Positions 54,041 to 64,000 of a DNA stretch of 64,000 nt are shown one piece after another (the first letter of the stretch is position 1; each line of letters begins with the position of its first letter). Position numbers and translations under genes: made by a program. This DNA comes from the human T2T-CHM13v2.0 reference genome, Homo sapiens: NCBI RefSeq assembly GCF_009914755.1, contig NC_060931.1. One strand, given 5' to 3'. The notes under the pieces are model-generated. The model worked only from the letters and a program-made list of their open reading frames with translations, searched no databases and was not told the origin of the DNA.

Positions 54041-54800
54041 TGGAATTAGAATTTCTTTCTATCTGTAGCCTAATTTATTTCTTAGTAAAACCACAAGCAT
54101 TGATCCAGTATGTAAAAATACATGCTGATAATTATTTATTTAGCTGCTATCAGTTATTAATGTTTCCATATGTATTCCTGTTCCATACTACCACTCCATT
54201 TTCAGAAGGTAGCCAGACTTTGTCCCTTCTCATCTAAAGGGAATTTACTAGCCCAGCAGAAAGTATCTTGATAATATCCCTCCAAAATCCTTATTCTTAG
54301 TCCTGAGGTCCTGGAGTGGGTTATTAAGTAGAAGCAGTGAGGGGAAGAGGCAGCAACATGGAAGAAAAAAACCATATCTTCTCACTGGGGAGGAGAAAGC
54401 AGCCTATGGGTCATGTAGGTATTGAGATCACATGATCCTGTCTTGTAGTATCCTGAATGGTGACTTGGCCAAGAGGATGAATGGATTTATGGTAATGCTA
54501 GGAAGGCTGTACTTTAAGCATCATATTTCTTGGTCTCATTCCCCAAGCATAGCCTGGAAGAATCAGCACTTCAAAGAATCATGTGTGTCAGAACCTCAGC
54601 ACCTCAGTGGTAATCAATGTGGGCCAAAGTTAAATGCTTCCATTTCGGGTGGTGTTTTGTTTTGCAAATATTTAGTAAACACTTAGTAAACATCTGCCAC
54701 ATTGGCAGTAGGTGAAGAGGGAGTTCCAGCAAGATTTAAAGCACATTTCCTGAAAATCTAGCATGAGAGATCAGAATAAGGTTAGTTTGTTATAAATAAT

Positions 54801-55093
54801 ATTTTATTGATTGATTGATTGAGACGGTGTCTTACTCTATTGCCCAGGCTGGAGTGCAGTAATGTGATCTTGGCTTACTACAAACTCTGCCTCCCAGGTT
54901 CTCCTGCCTCAGCCTCCTGAGGGTCTAGGATTACAGACACACACCACCACGCCCAGCTAAGTTTTGTATTTTTAGTAGGGATGGTGTTTTGCCATCTTGG
55001 CCAGGCTGGTCTTAAACTCCTGACCTCAAGTGATCTGTCTGCCTCAGCATCCCAAAGTGCTGGGATTGCAGGTGTGAGTTATCATGGCTGGCT
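54801..55093 (-). mobile_element. AluS (Sx/Sz-like)
   Basis: (ATTG)n tail, then gagacggtgtcttactctattgcccaggctgg...cctgacctcaagtgatc. Confidence 0.93.
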
Positions 55094-55530
55094 AAGAAAA
55101 TTTTAAAATGTAACTTTTTTTTTAACCTACCAACATCATACGTATTCCAAGAACAGCATTCCTGACATTACATTAAAAAATGATCAACATAATAAAACAT
55201 AGCAGTTTTTCCTCAAAAATTCACATTATATTCATGTAATAACAATATTTGTGATACAATATATTTTCTATGTTGTATCACAGCATACTTTCATGAACCT
55301 GCATTAACTGTAACAGTTAGCCAGGGTTCCATTGCTAAAAGGGACTCACAGGAATCCAAAGCAATGCTGACAAATGGATGCCTCATTGAAGAAAAAAGAA
55401 TAAAATATAGTGAAAGCATTAAAGTAAGCATATGTACCAGAGCTGTGGCTGCCTCACAGCAAGGGGTACTGAGAGGCCAGTGCCAACTCAAAATGTCCTC
55501 TCTACAGGGATAGATATATTGGATGTATGT

Positions 55531-55531
<1 letters not shown>

Positions 55532-55565
<34 letters not shown>
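55532..55565. repeat. (CT)n microsatellite
   Basis: About 17 uninterrupted CT units. Confidence 0.95.
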
Positions 55566-55567
<2 letters not shown>

Positions 55568-57049
55568 ATTTATCTATCTCATTCTTTCAAGGTACATGGG
55601 GAACCCTGAAACCAAGGAACCCAAGATGAAATCTTGAACAGGGTTTTTTATACCCTGCTGGTAATGTAAATATATTCTTGCGATGTCAGGATCTTCAGTG
55701 TAGTGTCCTCCAGAGGTCTCACTGAGACCAAGAACAAATCATCAGTCTCACTGTTACCAATAAGGAAAGATGATGAATTGGGGCAAAATGACTTCAAACT
55801 GCTAGATCTACAGTTACAAAGCAGCGCTTTTAATGTGATATTGTACATTTTATGTTCAACTAGGGCCAGTGCTCTGCAGCCACTTCAGAAAACCAATTTA
55901 GGCCAATTCCAAGCCTGCTAGAATTAACACTCACAGCACAGAAATATATTAAGAAAGTGTTTCCAAAGCCTTCTGGAGAGATGCAGTTTTTGAGATTTGT
56001 ATGGCCTTTGCTTTGAGAGAGAAACTCTGCAAACTCATCCAACTAAGCCCTAATAGGCATAGAGAGACTAGATTAGATATTAGACTTATATGATTCAGTC
56101 TAATAGCTCAAGGTCAATTTTAGTTGACTTCTTAGAGAATCACTTTCCCAATCTTACCATCAAGTAAAATTATCAGCCCCTGTTGAATTTGTTTCTGAAA
56201 CATTCTCAAATATGCTTAGATTTTACATTATCAACCAACACTAACACTAAGACCACCATCTGAACCACCCACATCCCCAGTGTTGGAATATTCTGCACTT
56301 TCTCTCAGAAAATGTTCTATGTTTCCAAAGTCTAGAAGGTGCTTTGAAGTTTGGTCTGAAACATTTCCTTTTTATTCTTTTCAAACATTTTTCATGAACA
56401 GTCCTAAAAGTTTCTACATCTGCCCTTCTAAAAGATTCTTTTCTCCCAAGGCAATAAAAGTTTCTTTTTACTCTTGAATGCCTTATTGCAGCATATTTTC
56501 TAGTTGGTTTTAATATCTGGTTATATATGTGGCAGATATGGTGGTTTTCATTTTAATAGTACATAAAATTCAGGAGTACAAAATTAATTTAAATCATGCA
56601 TCTCCGATTCCTGTACTTAATGGGAAACTTAATGTCTTGAATTTCTGATAAATTTTATATAATCTAGTAATTTTGGAATTACTTCTAGAGTTTGTTTAAG
56701 TGACTTCAATGTATTTAGAATGAAAAGAGATACATAGAAATAGGTGCATTGCTTCTTAATACCCTCCAATCAGTGAGGCATATTTATATTTCAGAGCAAG
56801 AGGTAAAGGTAGGTGAGTCACATTGTTAAACTTATTGGTACCTTTATGGTCTCAGATAGGAAGCTGTTATTCTAAATTTACTAATATATGTCTGGGTCTT
56901 TGCCTTCAGTGATAGGTATAAAGTCATTAATGGATTATTTTCTATTTAACTGCCACATTAGGTGAAGCAAAAGTGATCTGGGACAATATGCGGGGGAGTT
57001 ATATTCCACTATTTTTTACATTTTATCTTCAACATCTATCACAAAGACA

Positions 57050-57270
57050 GTAATAACCACAATAAGCATACCATTTATTTAGCACATATTAAGTGTCAGG
57101 TTGTGTGACATCTTTATACTGATTCTATCTAATCCTCATAACAGGGATGTAAATATCATTATTTCTATTTTATAACAGAGGAAAAAAGAATAAGAAGATG
57201 GCTTAAGGGCCATGTAAAGATAATATCTAAATTCGAATTTTAATCCACATCCCAGAGATTTAAGAGGCTA
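57050..57270 (-). mobile_element. MIR
   Basis: ccatttatttagcacatattaagtgtcagg...taatcctcataac...attttataacagaggaaa. Confidence 0.7.
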
Positions 57271-59669
57271 TATTTACTTATTATTAGGTGCTGCTTGTCT
57301 TCATCTCTTCTTCAAAGTAGTTTCCACAGCTAGAATTTTGCTTTTATTTGTACAATTTTTTGATTAATGTAAACGATGTAGTTTGTTGGATGTGTCTCCT
57401 CATTCCTGTCTTCTACACATCCCCCATTCCACAAACATAAGACAGCGTTATATGTGGCATGATAATAACTGAAAATTTATGATTTATTCCATTACTCTAC
57501 GTGTCTGCAAGAAATAGGTATTCTTCGATCTCATTTTAAAGAAGGTAATTAAGCCTTTGTATTTCCTCTGGGCTTTGCTAAAGGCAAGTAGTGTACAGGA
57601 CCTCCGAAAAGAAAATTCTTAGTCCAATCTTTTATTGCTTTAATTAAAACAACAAAACAAAACTAAACACCTAGGCTGGAGGTGTGAATGTAGGAATAGA
57701 AGTGTTTTGAGAGTTCCCACAGTGACTGAGAAGGGATTGAGATTTTGAAGGCCTTTCATCCTATTGGGAGATCATGCTCCCCAGTAACTCCTGTCAGGTA
57801 GAGGACAGACCCTTGGAAGGGGGTGACTATGAGGTGCTGCCCCCTTGGTAGCTGCACTTGGGTGTTTCCGTTCTCATTCCTGAGCAAACAATTGATTGTA
57901 AGCCAGGCACAAAGGCGGCAGAGTGGCCATCTTCAAGGGCCCCTAGGTCAGTGAGCATACCACCAGGAAGCTGTATAAGAGAGAAATAAGTCTTCATACT
58001 GCAGTATTAAATGGATTTTAGAGAGCAAATAATTTCTCTTACCTTATCCTAAAGTACATAACTGAAAAGAAATTATTTATCTCTTTACCCAGAAAGTGGA
58101 TACATGGAGAAGGGTTAGCATGGATCAGAAAATAAAAAGGAATGTATTTATCATTTTGCACCCTGGTATATTTATTGCACAAGATTCTCTCTAACCCACA
58201 CACACAATCTTCTGAGGTAATGTTGCAGAAAATAGAGAGGTAAGAGGAGAGTGAAGTCGGGCTTTTGCATAGTCAGCTTCCCTTTGGCCTCTGTGGAAAG
58301 GGAAGTGCTCATGTCCAGGTAATGACCAGTAGCCAGTATGGAGTGGGTGTCTGCAGAGCACAATCACAGACAAGTTGCACCTCTGAGCAGGTCCTCCAGG
58401 GATGGTTGAAAATAGACCTAATTTCCACATTTATTCTAGAAGACAGAATATTAACTCATCAAAGTGTGTGTGGATAGGAGAGGCTGGTGGATGGGATAGG
58501 GATTTACTTGACAGATACATCTTAGCCTCTGTTACTTTGAATATTTGATTAACCACACCTTTTTTTTTTCTTTTTTTTTTTTTATGTTTCTGGGTAACTG
58601 TTTATATAGTCATGGCCAGGCTGTCTTTATAATACAGAATCTCTCTGACTTCCACTGTACAGCTGAAACAGGCATAAGCTTAGGTGTCAGAGGTGGTTAT
58701 ATAGATGCATGAAAACAAAAGTATCCAATAATTTTTCTATATTTTTTGACTCTGGAAAGGGTATGTGTGAATATTAAAGCATTAATGATAGACATCTGAA
58801 TATATTGTGTAGCTCATTTTGTTGTTCCATTACCCCACTACTTAATGCATTAAAATCATGTGATACTTAATTCATTTAATAATAAAAAAGGAACAGATTA
58901 AAATTTTTGAAATGAATATGTGTAATTTAATTTTGGCATTCAGAAATCACTTTGATATTTTTAAAGCTCTGCCAACTTTTTAATTTTATATTTCCAAATC
59001 CATATATTAAAGTAATTTTAAAGCTGGGAAGAACTATATACATCATTTTGTCCAATCTATCCATTTTATATTTGGGGAAATAGAAATATAAAATAACAAA
59101 TAGTGATAACATCTTCAGCCAAATTTTAAACTATTTTCATTGTGATCTATTATCTTTTCTTCATCTCTTTTAATTAAAAGCATATGAAACATTGTTGTAA
59201 AGAATGCTATAGTCAGAAGTGTATTAAATCATGTAAGTGTTAATTAGAACTAGAAGGAGGACAATAGTTCAACATCTAATTTTTTTGTATGATCAGTAAT
59301 TTTCTTGCTGAACTCAACAGAGTTGCCTCCTGTGATGGAAAGGAAGTGAAAGAACAGAATGGGCCTGTGCAGAAAGCTTCTGGCCTCCACATCCATTCTG
59401 TAAAAATAAACATGGGAAGCTGTGTTTTCATGTTCTTTGTGTATAGGTTTCCACTGACCATTTGGGTTCAAGATACAGTGCCAGTGCACAAACCAATTTA
59501 CAGAATTCTAATGACTGGTCATGTATATGCACTGCCAACACCGAAGTAAACTTCAATATTGCCTGTCACTTACTTAAAAGCTCATTCACCTTAGATTTGT
59601 AGTCCTCGACATTCTTACTTCATTCTGCATTTCATAATATATTATCTGTCTTAGTCTTCTTGTGATCTT

Positions 59670-60110
59670 TACACTTAGAAAGAGTTCACATTTTTTAATA
59701 CACCAAAATGTCTTCATATGTAGGCCTAAAATTCCCTGATCTTCTTTTATAATTTTCCTTTTCATACAGTCCTGAGAACTAATTTATAATGTATTTTTGA
59801 TACCTTTGCTTTGTTTGACATAATCAAGACTGTCTGATACATCTAGGTTAAACTGCTTGCCATTTCCCAAGCAAGCCATTCATTTCTCTGCGTCCTTGCT
59901 TTGTTGCACTTTTCTTTTACCCCATAATTATTTTCCACTTGTCTAGTTAATACACTAAAAAAGTCACTGCGAGTCACCTCCTGTACCATTATTTTCAGTA
60001 CTTTCAGCAAAGATATTTCTCTCCTGTGCACTTACAGACATTGTACTCAACCTCACTATTGTGAGGGATAATTGTCCCATAGCACAAGGTCTTGTCCAAA
60101 GGCACTTACG
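59670..60110 (+). mobile_element. L2 fragment
   Basis: catttctctgcgtccttgctttgttgcac...gtcacctcctgtacc pattern. Confidence 0.45.
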
Positions 60111-61275
60111 AGACCTCTTCAACTGTAAATCTTTCAATATTTTGTTTCTATGGCAAACTCAAAGATTGAATGTAGCTCTGTTTCTTCTACCCCATAATTC
60201 TTTATTTTTATTGCTCCTAATTTTCTGTGTTGGTAATTTTGAACTTATCTGAAATTTAAGTTAAACACATGAAGTGCTAACTTTGTCATACCCCTGGTGG
60301 TAATGTTCTGCATGTTCTCATAGACATGTGTTAATGTCCTCATCCCCACGTTCTGTGTATCCTATTTTTATCATTTTAGACATTTCATCATATTTCTCTT
60401 TTCTTTTTTTATTTTTCCTATTAAATCTGGGGTTCAATCATGTTCTCTGTATTCTCCATGTCTAAAAGTTATTTCTCTTCAGTGTAATAATATTATTAGT
60501 CTTTCAACTCTGAGTATTTGCCTTCTAAATGTAGAATATTCAAATTTAAAACAATTTCACTTACATTAGCATGGCTCAAGTTTTTCATGGTGAGTATGTA
60601 TATTTAGTTCTGACTAAATCCATCCTATAGTTTTCTAGGGTTACCAACAAGAGCTGCAAAAATAGGATTGCACATGCTGTTGTTGGAAAATATTCACAAC
60701 TATTATTTACTAAATTAGCCTCTTCACAAGCTTTATGTATTTTTCTGTTCACATCCTTTATACAAATTAATGACTGGAATTTATATGATCCTCAATATTT
60801 TATAATAAAATTTCAAAAGCTTTATCTTACTGAAAATATACAATATCTTTTTCAAGTAAGTAGGATGAATCGTATCATCTCCATTTTCAAGTTGACAAAA
60901 TAAAATTCATAGAAGTCAAATAACCTCAGTTACTATTATTATTGCTTTACTCTGAAAAATTTCCTTGGATTTCATTACCTCTTTGCATGTGTTTGTCTTG
61001 TAAAATGAATGTCTCATATTTAATCACCAATAATTTATTTGATATGCTGCCCAGTGTTAATAACAAAATGTATTTTGTTGAAATTTTCCCCAATATTAAT
61101 TATATATTATTAGCACATTTAAAATGTGTATCCCTGTAATCCTTCTGCCATTTCTACTGTGGTGCTTATTATGTGCCTATGTTAGGGTGGTCCCAATCAG
61201 CACGGCATCTGTGCCATGCTCTTTCACCGTTTTGGGCTTCCTTAATCCTGTGAGGGAGAATTAATCACTACATTC

Positions 61276-61665
61276 TGTATTAGTTTCCGCCATAACAAAA
61301 TGCTATAGGCTGGGTGGCTTAAACAATATAAATTTATTTTCTCATAGTTCCAGAGGCCAGGAAGTCCAAGATCAGGGTGTTTCATTGTGAGGCCTCTTTT
61401 TTTGGTTTAGAGTCAGCTGCCAGTTTGCTGTGTGCTCACATGATCTCTTCTTTGTGTGGGTGGAGAGAGAGAGAAAGAGAGAGAGAGAGACTATCTTCCT
61501 CTTATTATAAGCCCCCAATTCTACCAGATTAAGGCCTTAACTTTATGACCTCGTTTAACCCTAATTAATTCCTTATAGGCCCTATCTCCAATTACAGACA
61601 TGTCAGGTCACTGCTTCTACACAGGAATTTTTTGATGGGGGGACACAAACATTCTATCCATAACA
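61276..61665 (-). mobile_element. MLT1A-like LTR with an internal (GA)n
   Basis: tgtattagtttccgccataacaaaatgctataggctgggtggcttaaacaa...ggacacaaacattctatccataaca. Confidence 0.88.
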
Positions 61666-62444
61666 CATCTCCATACGAATTCTTCACACCTCCTACCTGG
61701 CATGGGCTATCTCTGACATCTAATTGTATCTAATAGCTTTGATCAAATTGTATCAAATACCTTTCTCTTTTCCCTACTATGGAAGAATAGAATTTCTTTC
61801 TATTTACCTATCTTTTTGTTCTCTTGACACACAGATATACCTTCACAAAACGATGTTTGCTATTTTTTCCCATTTTTATAGCCAGATCTGCATAATTCTC
61901 CTTTATTCGGTGTTTAATGCTGTTAGTGTCCTCAAGCACCCAATGTACTCCTTTAAAATGTTAGGAATTATTCATTATAAAGAGCACATCAGCAGGCCAA
62001 CAGACGAAGGGGCCTTTTCTTTAGCAGCTCCAGAATGCTGTAATATTTACTCTAGGATCGCTAATTCTTATTTTGTTTATTCCCACACCCCTCAAGTCCC
62101 CCACCACACATACATACAGGCCAACCCTTATTCTTTTTCCTTTCCTTGTATGCCTTTTTTGTTTTTTGGCAGATATTGGTTTTAAATTATTCAATTGTAC
62201 TTAATATATTTTGATACCATTTGAACAGAGATGTTTACCTTTTAGTACCACTGGTCACAGATATAATTTTGGATGATATTTCTATTTTCTTAATCTTTAT
62301 TCAACTTTCTAACCACTTTATTTATATAAACGACTCTCATTTTAAATATCATCTCTCTTACATCATATTTGCTTCTTCAGTCTACAGTCTGTTTTCTTAA
62401 TCTGAGGTTGACACCAAACATAAATAACCTTCAGATATGTTGCC

Positions 62445-62575
62445 ATCTTCATGATTCTGAAATAGGTTTATCATTATAATCATCATTTTAAGATGCAGAA
62501 ACTTCATGAGAAATTATGTAAAATATTTAGATTTACATAGTTATTAAATGGCAGAGCCATAAATGCAGCTCACTA
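62445..62575 (-). mobile_element. MIR fragment
   Basis: catcattttaagatgcagaaact...catagttattaaatggcagagcc. Confidence 0.55.
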
Positions 62576-62629
62576 CTCTCTACAGATGAAGAAAATAAAG
62601 GATGGAAAAGAGAAATATCTTATTTAACA

Positions 62630-63995
62630 GACTAATCCTTTTTTGAAACTATATACCAGAATAGATATATTCCAGATACCATATTCTGGGCCATATAGCA
62701 ATTCTAAGAACAACAACAAATCATAGGACACAAATTGTGCTCTTTAATCATAGTGAAATTAAATTAAAAGTATATAACAAAAGAGAAAAATACCTATTAG
62801 ATAGCTATAGAAATAACAAGTTTTGTGTATATGGATGTATTTGAGAACATATAGATATATTTCTTAGCTCTGTCCAACGGTCCCAGAAGCAAAGACAATC
62901 CAATACAATGAACACACCTACTGCTCAGATCTTGGCATTTAAATGTCAGTCTCCGATAAGAAGAATCATGGCCTTTTGGAGAAATGCTTTCTTCAGGTCT
63001 GACATAGTGAAAACATAAGAATCTTATCCAGATAGAGACGAAGTAGTAAAACAATATAATTAATTTGAACTTGTCAAAAGGACACAGGAATTAATTATAA
63101 AGAAGTTACGAATGGCCAAGCTTTCAAAATTTGAGCAACAAATTGAGTAATGATAGAAAGGGCATATATCCCTTAGAATAAAGTAAGTATTTATGAATAT
63201 ATTTTGATACAAATAAGTGCAGACAGACAAACATAAAATAGGGAGAAGAAACATCTCTTAGATAGAATTACGGTTTTAAAATGTAGAATAAATAATGGAA
63301 ATATAAAACATAATGGTAACAACTGTTGTGGATGCTAATCAATGACGGAAGCTAAAATCAGTGGATGAAAATATAATGGGAAATAAGATATTTACATAGT
63401 CACAAAGAATCATCCCAAGAGATTATTACAAAGGGTAAAATGATAACTATGTATAGGAAAAAATCTAACTGGCATTGCTTTAACCAAGTGATCAAAGTTA
63501 GTACCACCAGTAATGAGATAAATTGACATAATTTATCTGTTGATAAGATGAACTGAGAATATTAAAGTATCACTTCTGTTTTATACTTGCCAAAATGCAT
63601 AGCCACAGTTTAAACATGATAAAAAATTTTTAAAAATTCAAAGTCAGGGCTTTTCTAAAACAATAACTGGAGTGTACCCTTTGGAAGTGTCTAGGTCATG
63701 AAAGAAAAAGAGCCACAGGTGTGAGGAAATTAATTACGCATGACAACTAAATGCAACGTGGAACCTTGTATTGAATCTTGGAAAAGAAACAGGATATTAA
63801 TGGGAAAATGATGAAGTTCAAATACTATCTGTAAGTTCATTAACAATATTTTATCAATGTTAGTGTCTTAGTTTTAACAATTGTACTATAAGTATGTAAG
63901 ATGATAGCATTATGGGAATCTGGTTGAAAGGTATAGCAGGAATGTTTTTATTATTTTGCAACTTTCTAATTTTAAAATTATTTCAGAGTAAAAAA
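62630..63995 (+). mobile_element. L1MC-like element: short ORF2 piece followed by a long 3'UTR
   Basis: accatattctgggccat; tatatttcttagctctgtcc...taaccaagtgatcaaagtta...gacaactaaatgcaacgtg...ttgcaactttctaattttaaaattattt. Confidence 0.8.
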
Positions 63996-64000
63996 TGACA

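Noticed and set aside
55715-55729. Hairpin GGTCTCA-C-TGAGACC
   Set aside because: 7-bp arms are expected by chance in 64 kb.
61724-62185. Longest ORF (153 aa)
   Set aside because: Non-ATG start, F/I/L/S/Y-rich composition expected from AT-rich DNA, and no recognisable domain.

Overview
AT-rich primate DNA, human or great ape judging by AluY/S/J, L1PA, THE1, MER4 and MER57 elements. I can support no protein-coding exon, RNA gene or CpG island; the ORF track is random or repeat-derived. A large share of the window is interspersed repeat, and family names below are from recall of consensus sequences, not from a RepeatMasker run. The standout structure is a 1,175-bp composite segment at 36028-37202. 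It consists of two fused inverted copies of nearby sequence: 27661-28216 (556 bp) and 39751-40372 (622 bp), each about 98% identical by hand count and joined by ATC microhomology. This creates two adjacent inverted-repeat pairs flanking potentially invertible intervals of about 7.8 kb and 2.5 kb. A tightly spaced tail-to-tail Alu pair lies 30 bp from one donor end. Other points: an ancient ~610-bp tandem duplication, two twin-primed (5'-inverted) old L1s, a short locally templated insert inside one of them, and a right-arm-deleted Alu variant.
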